64,000 bases of DNA from Tubiluchus corallicola (Eukaryota > Animalia > Priapulida). The notes under the pieces are model-generated. The model did not search any database and had not been told where the DNA came from. It saw only the letters and a list, made by a program, of their open reading frames with translations. The stretch's first letter is position 1. The number at the start of each line of letters is the position of its first letter. Where the stretch lies: positions 124,001-188,000 of the forward strand of contig JAQGDQ010000074.1 in NCBI GenBank assembly GCA_030141605.1, in the 5' to 3' direction. This document shows positions 28,901 through 43,680 of this stretch, in pieces. A program made the translations under genes and the position numbers.

Positions 28901-31900
28901 AAGGGTTTCATAAATTGATTTCCTTGATTAAATGTACTTGTTACTGATTTTTTTCTATACTTTCTTTTTTATTAGTTCGTTGTTTAAGGAAGGACTGTAT
29001 AAAATGTATCAATTTTCGTTTTTTTCAAATCCAATCGTTTCATTATAGTTACAAAGGAAACCGTTTGCGAACACGATTATTCGTCACTGACTCAATGAAG
29101 ATCCTTAATTATTTCTACAATCATAAATAATATTTATTGTTATCATATGTAATAATTTTTGTTATCATGTTACTTACAAGCCAAAGCCAGATGGGTATAT
29201 AAAATTAATAATTAGTAATAACGCATCAAACACCAGCTGGCTGTAGAATGCTTTCCCAGCCACAAATACTTTAATTTTCATTCAAGCACTGAGAATCTAA
29301 TGTTTCATTCCAGCTTGTCTAGTAGCCATTCATTGAGCTTTGTGGCCAGCACGCTCGCCCAGATGCTATTTCTTGCCTGCTCACTAATTGGACAAGCAGG
29401 GTGCTGTTCTCAATCCTCGGCAATGAAAAGCAAGAAGCAAATTAAAGAAAGTTGATCCAGCATATCAGGTTAACCATTCGAGGGTGGTGGGCAGAGTCTA
29501 TGAGGCTCAGTGCACCGCCCAAACCATGAACCCACTTTAACACAGAGAGTTTGCAACAATTTCCGTTTGTGCATAAAAATATTTTATGCAAAGTTTTATT
29601 CAAGGCAGTGTCAATTCCAATTTCCACCGAGTACAAATAGACGAAATCACCCACTGTGCAACTAAGCTGTTATACCACTTAAGTACACGCAAATATGTAA
29701 TGAACCAGCATCTTGCTTAAAAAACGAATAATTAAATAATTCCAAAAATGGTGAAGAAGTCATTGGCTGTTGTGATCTTAAATTATGTGACTATAAGTTG
29801 TGATACCTACTACATGTAATAATAAGCAAAAAAATTTTCTCTAGCTGTAACAAGTTAGAGTCAAATTGCACCAACCCAGCAGATTCATATGAAATCGCCA
29901 ACTGGATTGTGCGCTGCGATAAATGGCTTCGTTCTCATTAGAGAATAGCTCATCTAATCAAAAGACTTTTCCGTAATAACTTCGTTCAGTCCACTAACTA
30001 CAATGAGGTTTTTATAAGTTACCAATTTTGCAAGTGAATTTATTCTTCAAGCACCGTAATAATTCGCGAAGAAACATTTCAATGAGCAATTCTACCCATA
30101 TTATAGCTTCGTAAAATACACATTCTGTACCAATGAAAAAATATGGGTTTCATCGTTGAATGGTCGTATCTAGTTAGTTGTTGTTTGCGATGGCAACTCA
30201 AATTGTGATTTATTTCCAACAAGCGAAACTACAACAATCTTAGATTGTTTGCTTTGTGGCCTCGCAATACTCGCACGATGGATAAAGTTTTTCTCGGCAA
30301 TTCTATGATGCAACTGATTCGTGTTAGCTTAGGTAGTATCGTTCCTTTTGGGCGATAATGGCTCTTGAAATCACACATTATCGCATTTCGCTGAAATAAA
30401 GAGTCGTTGTCTTCAGTTGAAGTGTTGCCCTCAAACACGGTAACCGGATCGCCTCATTAGTGGACGGCTGCTGGAAAGGTGCTCATTGTGCAATCGACTT
30501 ACCTATTGAAATCATTGAATGCTTCCACACAGGGCGTTCCAGCACTCTGTTAGGTCAGCTCTGCAGGTATAGTCAACACTAAGCGAATCAAATTTAAGGT
30601 TAATTGCAATTAAGTGGGAGTTGCCTTATTCTTGTCTCTCGCTTCTTGTTTTGGCACTCACTAACTATGATACAGATGGCATATGCCCTCCTTTTCTATA
30701 GGTAAAGCTAATAAAGCAGAGTGAACTGAAATTAAACACCCCATCATGAAAACATAAACCCATAACACCATCTTACAACTCGGCTCCAAAGACGCGTTTG
30801 CGTGTTACAGGAATAGCTGATTGGTGAGTAGATGTATGGTTGACCATCATGATGATTTCCTATTCCATATCCTTCTGGTAGTTTATCTTATTGAGTGTGG
30901 ATGTGTCTGAATTTGGACACAGCTAAGACACCTCTACTTTTTAGTGTCTGGTCTAATTTGCAGTTACTCCGGGCGAATGAAAAACACAAGTTATGTTCGT
31001 ATAAAGAATAGTTTAAAAGCAATTTTATCAAAACGTAATGTACATGTTACATCTTATCAATGTCACCGTTAACATTTACTTGGGCATATTAGGTGCAGCT
31101 TGTTTCAGACTAGAAGCAACGCCAAACGTCTTGTTAAACGTATGAATTGTAAATTTTAGCAAAAAGGCGAGGATGAAAGTGTATTTGAGGCGCCGCATTA
31201 ACATTTATGTCAAACCTACCCCCTTTTATTTACGCGCTACTATAATTCATGTCTGTATGGAATGGTCACGGCTATTATAGCACTGGGGCAATTACTAAAA
31301 TCAGTCAACATAATTATAGGCCTATATTTGATATTCCAGGATAGGTTATCAGATAATATAGTGTAGGTAATATAATATTTTCTGCCACTCGTAACAATAA
31401 ATTTCCATTTTTACTTCCTGCAAATCAATAAGTAACAACGAAGAACAGAACTTTGCAGCCTAACGCTCACGGACAATGTGTGGCTTTAATCCCCTCTAAT
31501 CCCCCTCACTAGATTTTGCTCTTAACAATGCCCCGAAGAATCATCTGCCATTCTACATAGTTCGTGCCTGTCAGTTAGGCGTACAGTTCTTGCCTTCCTG
31601 TCAAGCCGTTTGACCTTTCAAAAACAAATTTCGCTTATTATCAAAAAAATGTTAAAATTAAAAACGTTGGTTAAGGCCAGCGTATGCAGCACTAGATGAC
31701 GTTGTCGGAGAATCATCACTTTTGGTAAGCGGTCACTTTTCAGTTCGTTATTTTTTCGACAATAGCCTTTAAATAAGATAAGTGGGCACCGGTAATTATC
31801 TCCGTTCAGCAGAATAAAAGGATTTTTAGTTTCTCCAAGCACTTTTACCTGTTAAGTGTTTTTGCATTCTTAAAGAGATTTTCGAGCATATAAGTGCGCC

Positions 31901-32218
31901 AATTTACTATTTAGAGACATGGCTGTAGTGCAGTGTTTATTTTACGTATTTTACTGCGTTGAGTTCTAAGAAAGTAAAAATTGGATTATAGTAATAAAAA
32001 GTTAGACTTTAAAATTTAAAAATAGTCGTTTTAAATGATTTAACTAGAGCATAAATGTCCAAAGCCAAATGTTTTAAATCACTAGAGGTTATCATCAGCG
32101 GTATGAATTAATGTTTAGTTAGAAATTACGTGCGTCATACGTCATATTTTAATATTGTGAGTTTAGAGTTTGCTGTGAATTATTAATTCTCTAAACTTTG
32201 GCTTCCGTTATATACATA

Positions 32219-32304
32219 ATACAACATAGTTCTAATTACTGTCATAATCACTACTATATATATATATATATATAATTATGACAGTAATTAGAACTATGTT
32301 GTAT
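32219..32304. repeat. Perfect 30-bp inverted repeat with a 26-nt (TA)n-rich spacer
   Basis: ATACAACATAGTTCTAATTACTGTCATAAT (32219-32248) is the exact reverse complement of 32275-32304. Confidence 0.95.
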
Positions 32305-35015
32305 AAAATATATATATATATATATATATAGTTGTATATAATAGTTTATGTATAGACTAAAAATGCAGTTAAGAACGCTTGTAGGATTTGAACGTTTAAT
32401 CGAAAAGACAGATAGAAAGGATTACTCTCTTAATTAATCCAGCTGCTTGCGCCTGCTACAAAAATAATCTACTGCTAATAAGCAGATTTGTTAAATTGCT
32501 ATAAAAAAAAACTTATTGCTAAAGTGTTGTTGCCAAAGCTTTAATTGGCGTAATTAATTTTTGATCCTGACCCATGAATCCACACAAACGGTTTTTGTAT
32601 AGTGGAACTGCGTGCACTGTTGAGGATTCTCAGTTGTCTTGGACAAAGGGTGTCTGTGAAATTCCTTGTATTATAGCACGTGTGTTTGACAGCTTAGTCA
32701 AGTATGCATTAGATCAATTACAGTTTAACTCCAACAAACAAATTACAACCACAGCAGATGTACAGAAGGCAGTTGAATGTCACTTCTTTTTCATCGTTTT
32801 GATATCAGAGCAACGTTTATTACAATAATAAATTCAAGAAATTTTGCGATATTTTCTTGATATATGCATAAGAGAGGAAACAGTGTGGCAGTATTTTTAA
32901 CTAAGTAATTTAATGAGTAATAGTAGAGGATAATAACATGAGAAAAATTCAACTGAATAGGAGTTTTAAAATTGTGTTGTGTGTGTTATTTTACATTTTT
33001 ACGAAAACTATTTTGTTCCATTTTGTTTCCCTACTTATTTCTACGTTACACCAGTGAGGTACTGTTTGTAATCCCGAAATCAGAATACTGAAATAATCTC
33101 AGCCTATCGACTCGTATGCAAATATATGTATTGGATATTTATTTTGTAATTTAAAAATGTTATAATAAAAATGTTGCAAAAATACACGCTTTAGAGTTTG
33201 GTCAAAAATGTCCACACTATCTGCACTGTTATCAGACAAGTGCACGTGGTGTAAAAATAACTGATGGCGAAATAACCAAAGTTGCAAAACAAGGCTATCG
33301 GGCGAAATAACTATAAGCAAATTAGTACTGCGTTATTTGTATTTGTATCTAACAAGGAGAGCACCTCTAACTAGCTCGTGAAGCTTCTGTCATAATTTTT
33401 CCGAATAAAAGACAGAAAACTTGTGCCATTTGCTTACATCTCCAGCAGAGTATTTTTGACGCCAAAGGAGCAAACTCAACGAAAACGATGACATCTCTTA
33501 AATTATGAAGTTTTTGAGATGACTGAAAACCAAATAGTTGCCCGTTTTATTCCCAATTGTGGCCAATACAGAAAAGGGCCTTAGAAATTGTTGATGGCCG
33601 ATGTGCTAAGTTATTTCGTTATTTTACTTTGTGTCTTTCTCGGGTATAATACATTTGGCTATTTATAACGTCGCAGGTTTGTGAGTTATATTCCCTAGGT
33701 AGCCAGTAGCCACAATATATACGGACTTTGTAGAGCTCATGTCATTTTAATTCGACCTTATTCAACTCCAAAAAGCAATTCTCCTAAGTCCTCCTAAGTA
33801 TATGGTCGCGTTTGCCAAGATGACAAGCATAAAATCGTGACGTGCATGAAGTTAGTCGTAATTTTGCGTCTTTGACTCATATACTTGCCATTAGGGGATT
33901 CCTGACGTGATAAGTCGGAATTACCAACAGATTAGCCCTACATGCATTCTTTCTTCCCAAATTAGCTTTCTTTCTGTCTTGATTGCATTGCGCTTTTATT
34001 GGAATTCACGCACGGTGGGCGTTTTTATGGATTAGAGGCTTTAGGTGGGACAATGTGGCAAGATTGTTGCGCAGTAATGCAGTAATTAAAGGCCGCGCGG
34101 GATGTTTCTGGACAACAGATAGGTAATTATTGTCCAGAAAGGCGAGAATTTGACTATAAATTAGCTGGTGCGTCCGCGTAAATTCGGATTGTCATTGGTC
34201 ACCAAGCATGCTTGTTGGTATCACATTTAGTTGAAACGTGACTAATTGGCCAGTGAATGACCACCAGGTGGACTACGATGTCGCAATAAACCGGCTAGCC
34301 TTAAAGGACACCTTTGCTTCCTTGAACTAATTGTGCTTTCTAAACGGCACCTGCAGAAGCTCCTTTTGGAATAATGCAAGTCCTTTGAGTGTAGAACGAT
34401 CGTTCTCTTAGCTGCTTGGCTACTTGCTAACATAATTACAATTTTTATTACAAGCGGGATTTCATATGGGCCCGTGGATATGTTGTTAGAAATTCTTCGG
34501 GAAGAAAATGAAACTGATGAAGAAGTATCTTAACAGGTTGCTCGCCTCAGCTGGACGAGAGGAACAGCCGAATGATCATGTACATGCATAGCAACCGAAG
34601 TTAAGCAAAGCTCAAGCTGATTAGTGAATTGGATCTGTGACTTTTGGGTTCCAGAACACACTGTGGTGTGTTCGCTGATTCTGGCTGTCTACATTCTTGA
34701 AGGAGGACTATTTATACCTGAATGTGGTTTAGCGTATAATCTCAGCAGATTAGCCTTGACAGTAAACCATGTTCCGGGTCTGCTACAACCATCTATACTG
34801 AGTAGGTCCTACTATTGATGCTGGATTCCAGCATTAGAACGTCTTACTATATAACAAGTCAGTGATTACGCCGCTACCTAAATCTACCAGACACTATACT
34901 ATATATGAATTACTCCTAAATATATTACAAAGGTGTACATAAGCCTTTTTATAGTTATGCATATTTTAGGAATACATACGTTCTAAAAAACGTTAATTTG
35001 CATTGTTTATTTTAG

Positions 35016-35186
35016 TTAATGGACAACGAGTGGACTGCCCATTCTCGGGAGCATTTAAGTTCTCTTACGATGAAGGACGGGGGAGCTGCCAGGAACCCAT
35101 GTCTCACATTGACGAATGCACAGATAAAAGTAAATTACAACTGACTTACCAGGCATGCGCAGACGTGCCTGGGTCTGAACACAGAA
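35016..35186 (+). CDS. Gene A exon: (V)NGQRVDCPFSGAFKFSYDEGRGSCQEPMSHIDECTDKSKLQLTYQACADVPGSEHR
   Basis: Acceptor tttattttag, donor gtaagt; 171 nt, phase 1 to 1; overlaps ORF 35003..35200. Confidence 0.93.
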
Positions 35187-36465
35187 GTAAGTATAATTAA
35201 GGACCTGTATTTTCTCTTGACATAAGTAAGGTAATTTTTCTTATTTTTCAATAAAAAGAAACTTAGTGTAAAAATGAAACGCAAAAATAACACAAAAGTA
35301 TATACGATAGAAAGGCTCAATTAGTTGTCATTTACTGTGCAGTAACCACCTAAATTGCGTCACAATGTATGCTGTTTTGCTAAATTGCACGTTTGTATAT
35401 TGTGCGGTTTGCGCCCCCTTTTACTGCAATGTAATGCTTTTCATTGCACTGTACTTCGCTGCATATCACCACAATAGTGCACTGTATTGTGTTGTCAGCA
35501 TTCCATTACTTCGACGAGACGTTTTAATTCACAAGTTTTGAAACTTTCAAACTTTCATCTTTGACTGTGCAACCTTTAAAAATTTCACTTAATAAAGTCA
35601 TTCTGGTCACGCCTTTCGTCCCGAAGCAGTGCCTATGTTGCAATTCCCAGGAAACACGTGTTAAAGAGCTAGCCTGGCGCCTAAAGCTCTTATCCTTCCT
35701 CTGGAATTAACCAGTAATTTTTGCACAGCGTGTTCTAAAGAAAACCTGTAACGAGTCACCTTAATCTGAATAAGTCGACAAGAATTAAACTGACCGACCA
35801 AGAAGCTTTTTAAATTGATTAGACGCAGATGACAAGCTGGAACTGATTTGGCATATAAAATATCAAATTAGCCTTGTCATTTTGTGGCGGTGGGTTGGAA
35901 TCGTCTGATGGTAGTATCCGCTATAATACCGATGATGGGCGAGAGATATAGAAACATTAATTACTTATTATGGTGCACGTGCCTTGCAAATTTATATATA
36001 TAGGATTTAATTCTTATGACAAGATTAAGCGTCTTGAGCGTCTGTTTCATCACAAAAGATATGATGTGGGCAGAGGGTTCCAGTGTGTAATCAGCTAATC
36101 TTTGTAGCTGTAAATAAAACACGCGTTAATAAGTGCAGTTGTAAATTGTACTGGGCCGCATTGTATTGCTCCGCATTCAACTGCTTGAGTTGTGTTGCAC
36201 GGCATTATTTAGTATCTATTGGGTGCCTGTATAAAAGCTGCCAAGGGTCTAACATTTACTTGCCAAATGTTTGCTTGCTTGTGGTGAATTTGTGTTTTTA
36301 TCTGCAACGAAATACGTTTTTGTGTTTTCAAATGTGTACGTACACAGCGTTTTTACTGCGGGTGCCAATTGTTTGTCTCATTTTTTTTCATTTATGAAAA
36401 CAATTTCTTGTTTGCTTATTATCATTGATGATAAAATAATAATGACGTTCTCTGCCCTTTCGCAG

Positions 36466-36578
36466 ACAAACAATTAGACTGTCTTGCTACTTGGAAAGAT
36501 GGCTCAAGTAATTACCTGGTGGGCCGATTTACGCACGGCAAATCTCATCAATCCGACGAGGACAGCTACAGATGCTTT
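36466..36578 (+). CDS. Gene A exon: (N)KQLDCLATWKDGSSNYLVGRFTHGKSHQSDEDSYRCF
   Basis: Acceptor gccctttcgcag, donor gtaagt; 113 nt, phase 1 to 0; CLATWKDG...YLVG...YRCF motif. Confidence 0.93.
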
Positions 36579-38597
36579 GTAAGTCTTCCCTTCCTTCTCA
36601 GTGCTCATTTGACAAAAAGCCTTTATTTCCGGTTCGTTCCATTAGCTGGCTAATTTCGACAAAGGTTCTGTCGACAAATTAAGTTGCTGAAATTTTGCTG
36701 TGACAAGATATTATGTGTGTCTCATGATAGTACGAGGATCAACGGTGTAATATAGTCTACAGCAGGTGCTGTTTTGAACAGTTATTGACTACAAGGGATA
36801 TGGGCTCCAAAACAAAATACCATATTCATTTTTATTAAAAGTTTAAACAGCTACTATATTTAACATCATCGTTAAGTGTCAGTTGGATATAATAGTTTAA
36901 TGGATAACAAATTGCACACTTGTCTCAGGCATCCTAAGTTTTAGGCTGCGTTGCAGTTTAGAGGCCACAAATATATTTTATTTGTAATATATAAATTATG
37001 TGTGCCGCACATCATTTTTGCATGACCCATTAATACAAGATGTCTCAATGGTCCTTCATTATTTTTAAAAATTTATTAAAATACGAATAACTGCTACAGG
37101 ACGATTGTGAATGACCGACTAACGATTCATGAGAATACAATATAATTTATGTAACTATTGTCCATGCAGATTTGTAATTACAGTATAGAAAGGGTACTTA
37201 TGTTAAATGATAAAATAAACAGAAATTAAACACAGTTTATGGTATAAGTCAAAAATAAAACGTTAAGCAATTTTTAAGGTCTATGTGGATAAAGATTTGA
37301 TCGCCAACGCCGGCAAGACAAAACATCCTGCGGACAGTTTTATTTAGTATTCAGGTTCAGCTTACAGGTATTCAGTTGGTTACAGTTTAATGAGCACCCA
37401 GAAAAAGGAACAATTTGACATTATGTTCTACTGAAAATTTGTCTTTGTACCAACATTACCTGACTTCAGTCTTGCTTGTTACTTATTGATCTTTAGTCAA
37501 ACATTAATTATGTTGGGTAATGAGGTGAATTATGACAATGTTGAGAAATTGCTTAGCTAATGCAATGAATTATTGCCACATTATAAACTAATTAACAAGG
37601 GCATTAATAAGCGTTATTCATTAGATAAGTCATTTTGATAGCGTAATTGATTAATACGGATGTGCAATTTAAAATTCTTTTATTAATTTTCTTAGAAATT
37701 GTACGTAATCCTTAAGAATAAATTGTGGTACACTGTTGATACATTACAGCTTTTTCGACGAATTTTATTGCAAAATTAGACGATGTAATATGTGTTGATT
37801 GCAAATTCTTTAATTTCAAGAATTCAGATTAGTGATAATGAGGAACACATTTGCATTACTTTCTTACAAAAACCCAGAAATTAAAGGCAACATTTTATAT
37901 AACATTTTCACTGGTACTTCGGCGATTGGCAGCCTGTACATATAGGGTATATACACCAAAGTTTAGTGATGAACTATAAGCAAAAATTGAATACCTCAAG
38001 GTATGCTCATTCTTATAAGTGTAATTAGTATTAAAGATAAACTGAAGCGCGATTCTTTTTCACTCATGCTTGCATTGAAACAGAACAAATGTGTTGTCCA
38101 TGTGGTACAAATATTATTTTCTTTAGCTCTTTGTCGGTGTTTTCTCCCCACAATATTTACGGTTTAGTTTAATGGATCAGGCAGCATTGTTCATATTTTC
38201 TGCACTGATTTGCTATTAGTGTTGTAAAAACATTTATTCTGGGCCACTCGGGCGAGCCAGGAAAAATAGAGGTGCCGTCGAGCAAGCTGAAAAGCAGTGC
38301 CCTGCCCTTATATAACAAACAAAAGTATGTTAATGATGACAAATTATGTTTAAGGAAGCAATATGCAGAGAAATCAGGGGCAGTAGTTGTTCAACACGCT
38401 GCACTTAAGCTTCCTTCGGCAGGGTCTGCTTAATCAGACAGTTAATTTTATTGGTGGCCCGAAGCCTAGCAAAAGTCGTTTCTTAACAGTGATGTTAGGT
38501 TTCGTTTTAAGTTGGTGTAACAGTGACTATACGGCTGGGAGGGAGCTCGCAAGTACTGTAAATAAATAATTTAAACTAAGTTAATATTTTTTACTAG

Positions 38598-38712
38598 ATG
38601 TACAAATACGATGAAACATCAGGTGGCTACACAATCGCTCAGTCAGCCGATGCTACATGCAATGCCATATTCAGTTCTACCGACGGACCAACTACACTCA
38701 AACTGCAAAAAG
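38598..38712 (+). CDS. Gene A exon: MYKYDETSGGYTIAQSADATCNAIFSSTDGPTTLKLQK
   Basis: Acceptor ttttttactag, donor gtgacg; 115 nt, phase 0 to 1; AQSxDATC motif. Confidence 0.9.
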
Positions 38713-39822
38713 GTGACGAAACTTATCAACCTTGTCAACTTATTTAATATTGTTTGTCCTTCAGGAAGGGCGATTTCATCTACGCTCGTTACTTTCACTT
38801 TATTGTGTTTTACTTGTGACGCAGGCGGACTTACATGAACCTGATTAACTGCCTTTTAGAAACTGATATCTCCATCATTCTGAAGGAGTTAACCACGCAC
38901 CACATGTGCCTGCGCGTAAAGTTTTTATACTGTTTACAATGTTCCATGGTTTTTTGCCGTGATGCAAACAAGCTTGAGATTAAAAACATCCTACGCATTG
39001 AGACAGCCTGTCGTGGGAGACTTGAGCTGTATCTGGAATCTGTAGAGATTTTAGAAATGATAAAGAGGCAGGATTAAAACTGAATGGCTTCTTTCGCATT
39101 TTTGTTTGCGGTTGGTTTTGTAAAATTAGCATCAGTTAATCCAGCAATTTTTCGCAAAGGGAATGCGATTTAAGTAAGTCTATTACATGCAAATTGTTTG
39201 AAGTGTTTTTGCCTAAGTGTAAGCTAGACTAGAACGTTACAGAACTCTCTACCTAAGTGGTGCTGCAGGCAATTGCATCAAAAATCTCGCAAAAATGTTA
39301 GACGCCCTTACAAAATTTCTGCATAAATTGCAGATTTGTTTAAGCTAGGTCTACTTAAACACGACGAAAACTGTGTCAGCCTTGCACCGAGAGCTTTACT
39401 AGAGCTCGTTATAAAAAATATTTCTATTATTTTTATTTATTTTAAAAAATATGACTGGCATCTTAGTACATTGTAGTACAAAAATGGTAAGGAAATGAGC
39501 AAGTAATCCAGCCGACTATTATAGATATTACAGCTACCATTATGATTCTTTGAACAACGTCCATAGTCCAGTGACCTTGATGGCATAGTTGTAATGTTTT
39601 CATTACTCACAGGACTATTTGCTCGCGTTCTTTACCTATTTCAAATAATTTCCCTATCAATTATGCCAGTCAAATTCAAATTCCGTGGCCAGACTTAATT
39701 TTCCTTCACTTCCATTTCCATTAATAAACTTGAAAATTGAAACAGTTAATTAAAATGAACAACGTATAAAAGTCAGGTAAGACTGTTACAAATGTGACTA
39801 ATTGTTTACTTTTTCACAACAG

Positions 39823-40036
39823 TTCGATACCCTCTTCCAATGTGCTCATTTCCAAAATGGATGACGGACCACAAGCAATGGCGTACCCTACAAGGTCATT
39901 ATAAATATGTCATCAGCAGTGGTGAAATGACTAAGATGACTAATCATGATGAAGTTTCTCACAAAGACAACTGTATTGAGATTCATAGTCAGATGGAGAA
40001 CTTGACAAACATTGTCACTTTTGCTATGGACGGATG
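39823..40036 (+). CDS. Gene A exon: (V)RYPLPMCSFPKWMTDHKQWRTLQG...IVTFAMDG (start of second internal module)
   Basis: Acceptor tttttcacaacag, donor gtgagt; 214 nt, phase 1 to 2; overlaps ORF 39840..40040. Confidence 0.92.
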
Positions 40037-41599
40037 GTGAGTGAAATTTAATTTTCCATACCTTTCCTTGCAATACTTGAAATGTAACTCAGTTTTGCTT
40101 ATTATCTTTCTAATTATATAGATGTTGTAAGCATGTGTATATGTGTTATATATAGCACAATGGTGTGATGCAATGACTTGACTCTCAGCTTCAAGGAATT
40201 GTAGCGCGCTCAATCGCACTCCTGGCTGATCCTGACAAATTTCTCAGCTTAAAAAAATAGTGTTTATAATACTTGGTAGACTTTGTGTTTACTTATCTTG
40301 GAGAGTTTTCTGTATTTGAGTTATTGCGTACTAGATAATTTTTTAGATTTATTGGGAGTTACTATATTAAATTAATTTAACGTTTCTTATTGATAAGGTC
40401 GTATTTTTGACCACAGCTGCTTAGCAGTTTTAAACAATATTCAGTCGTTAATTCAATTGTATTACAAATCAGAATTCCAAACTTTTCTGTAGATAAATAT
40501 TAAGAATGTGTATTTGCAGGACTTTATCAATCTGTGTGCCTGTAGTAGCCAACCTCCAAATTAAAAAAAGTTGATTTTCAGTAATTTTGAGGTGTAATAT
40601 GTGGCGATGTGGCCACAGCCTGCTTTATTTTTGTTGTTACTTTATATATACTGACTTCAGTTATCTGGGTGAAGCCAACAAGTAGTCGCTAACAGATCAG
40701 GTGTCATTTTTGCAAAAAATCGGCACATTTTATGTGTTTTCGTGATCTCTAAATTAATATTATCTTATGATTCCACCAGAAACAGGACTTTAGTTAGGGA
40801 TTTTAGCAAAAAAGTTGAGTCTTAGACAATTCAGGTATTGAAGAGTGTGGCTAGTACGGTGAGAGCTCTATTCTAATTTATCAATGACCATCCAGATACT
40901 ACGACTGCTAAACATCGAAGCCATGTTGTAAACTGAAGCCGCGTTTTGTAAACGTTTCCTTACACGTGTCATTTGCATGAATGAACCACCAAGCACCATT
41001 GATCTGTGTTAATCAAGATCGAAACCCTTGGCGCCAGCAACCCAATTCCTACACACGCTCGGCGAGTTACTGTTACCTGCCTGTATTAATTACCTGTACG
41101 ATAAGCGTTTCCTCATTCGACATTTATGTCAGTTGCAATAATGTGTGGATTGATTAGGAATGCAGTAGTATCTAGTATGCACGGGTGAACACAGCTGCCC
41201 ATTTACAGACAGAAATGCTCATCATTGCGTAAAATTTATAATGACATAAGCTTGTCTGCGTAATTTTTACACACATCATTCAGTTATGCAGTGTTAGGAC
41301 GACAAGCAGCTGAACATTTTTCATGCTACTCGATGAATTCTGCACAGAAGTCTCTCAGTTACTTAGTGTTCTTTATCAGTTTTTGTCTGACCCTTCTACT
41401 GTTCTACAATTGCGTGTTGTAAAAAAAGAAAACTTTGAATTTCGTGAGTTAAAAATGTCGTACGGTCGCTTTCAAAACTCTATATTTTAAGAATTTACGG
41501 AATTTTTTGTGTTCGATGCGATGCGAAAATTTTAATGCTCACTATTCCTGATATAATAACTTATATGACAGTTAACACTATCAGAGCTGCTTTCGCCGA

Positions 41600-41750
41600 C
41601 GGTAAACTAAAAACTACAACCACAAATCGAAGACAATTATTGCTACGCTTTTACTGTTATTACCACGAGCCAGGCACCGCAACAGCAGGTTCTCTTTTTA
41701 ATGTCTTTGGCACTACCCAGGCGCGGTATCGAACTCACAACCTCCCAACT
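41600..41750 (-). mobile_element. tRNA-derived SINE remnant (head truncated)
   Basis: Minus strand reads GGGAGGTTGTGAGTTCGATACCGCGCCTGGGTAGTGCCAAAGACATTAAAA: a Pol III B box followed by the CCAAAGAC motif common to metazoan SINE2s, with a simple-repeat tail near 41600. Confidence 0.7.
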
Positions 41751-42919
41751 TTGTTTATCCTACAGTACATTAAACTAGAAGGCGACATATACATTTTATT
41801 ATTTTCTGACAATCCATAAGTAAAACTCTTGCAATTAAAGTATATAGGCAAGGAATTCATCGTGTACATGTACATGGTGTTTGTAAAACTGTAAATTAGG
41901 CCATATGTAGTAGTTTTTATTTGCATTGTAGTATTGCACTTTTATCATGTTTTTAGTTTTGGTGTCTATCAACACTGCTATTGATACGATAGTTTGTTAA
42001 ACTACTCGCAAACTCTTTTAGAATTGCCTTATACTCTTAAACACAAATTTTGCAGCAAAAAGAATCCGTAAACGTTTATGCCTGTACTTGTTTCTTATGT
42101 CTTGCAATAGTTCAATGCCGTGAAAATAGCGTGCTATTCTGTAATTTGTTTGCGTGTTATGGTTAATTAAACACAGTTTTATTACAGTGTTGCAGTTGTA
42201 TAAAATTAATGAATTACTCCCTTGCGGTGGTGACTCACAAACGCGCTGACTGCTCTATAAAGACTAGCAAAGAGTTATTAAAACAGCCCCGGCCAATATT
42301 AAAAGCACATTTATGCAGTCCGCGCATGGAAATGCACCCTATCCAACATCGGAGTTAAGAAGGCGGCTGTAATGCCTTGGTCTAGCGTACCTAAAATGAA
42401 GCTGTTTTATTTGATCTTGTAGTCGCGTGGAGTCATTCAAAGGTTTCTAATGCCATTTGCAGCATATAGAATGTATTATAAACTTATGAAGTACATGAAT
42501 TTTGGAATAAACAACGAATATTATGAGAAAGTTGTCCATAAAAGCTACTTTTCCTCTCAGCTAGATACTATATGCACTTATTTTCGCCCAAAATGGGTTT
42601 TATGTAGAGGCTTATTGCATGTTTTTCTCTGTAACGGCGATTTCACGGCGATTTTATGATATTTTTATTGACTGTAAAAATATCCCTCAGAAACCATTGA
42701 TGTTCTGCTAAAAGCTAATTACTGTAGTAGGCGTCGAAACTGCAAAATAAAAGTTACTCTTTGTAATTAACACATTTTCTGATATAAACGCAATAATTAT
42801 TGAACATGTTTTATGTTGAAACAAGTTTCTCTGTTAAGTAATAATTGTCGGCTTCTTATATAGATTAACTACTAAGACTGGGCTTCTGACGCTGTTTGGA
42901 CAAGTAAGACATTGACATA

Positions 42920-43010
42920 TCTCAGATACTGACATAGACATAGACTTAGTCATAGACATAGATATAGATGCTACAGGCACAGATGCAGATGTAGATACAG
43001 ACACAGAAAT
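42920..43010 (+). repeat. Degenerate (GACATA/GATACA)n hexamer repeat
   Basis: Visible directly. Confidence 0.8.
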
Positions 43011-43284
43011 ACTAGCTAAACCACAATATTGTAAGTGCCGTCTATTCAAGAAACCATCTTGAATTTTGGCTTGTTTAATTTATAGTTTCATCTAAACGAA
43101 AATTTTATTATTTGCAAAAGTGCAGTTATAATTCTTAGTATTTTATAGGAGATATCATTAAAAGTTGGTTTATTACGACTTATATGTTTACACGATATTT
43201 TCGCGGTATCTTATATCTTACCAACTTATTCAATATTAATGTATCATTATATTACCACGTTAATGACACTTTCTTCTTTTTCAG

Positions 43285-43430
43285 CCACCATGGATATAGA
43301 TGTTATCGAATGTACAGGAGGGGTCATCAGATCATTGAAATTCAAAAGGGTGCTGTAACCATAAGTCAGGACCGAGCTTGCGCAAAGGAAAACTTTGAAG
43401 ATTCACGCTTGTACGAAACTTTGCTTCCAG
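43285..43430 (+). CDS. Gene A exon: (C)HHGYRCYRMYRRGHQIIEIQKGAVTISQDRACAKENFEDSRLYETLLP
   Basis: Acceptor ttcttctttttcag, donor gtaata; 146 nt, phase 2 to 1; homologous to gene B exon 60130-60278. Confidence 0.94.
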
Positions 43431-43459
43431 GTAATAAAACATATATATTTCAGTTTATA

Positions 43460-43680
43460 TGATGACGATGGTGACGATAATGATGACGACGGTTACGATG
43501 ATGATGATGATGATGATGATAGCAGTATTGGTGGTGAATATGGTGATGTTGGTGATTTTAGTGATGCGTAGTAGCAGTAATGATGGTGACATAGTGACAA
43601 AGATTATGCTGGCATTGATGAAGATGGTAATTATGTAAGCAGGCAGTTGTTGTGGTGGCATCAATAATGGTGGTGGTGAA
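43460..43680 (+). repeat. Degenerate (GAT/GGT)n tract in an intron
   Basis: Visible directly. Confidence 0.85.

Noticed and set aside
41186-41197. 12-nt match to the 5' end of miR-317 (TGAACACAGCTG)
   Set aside because: The 3' half does not match and I see no precursor hairpin.
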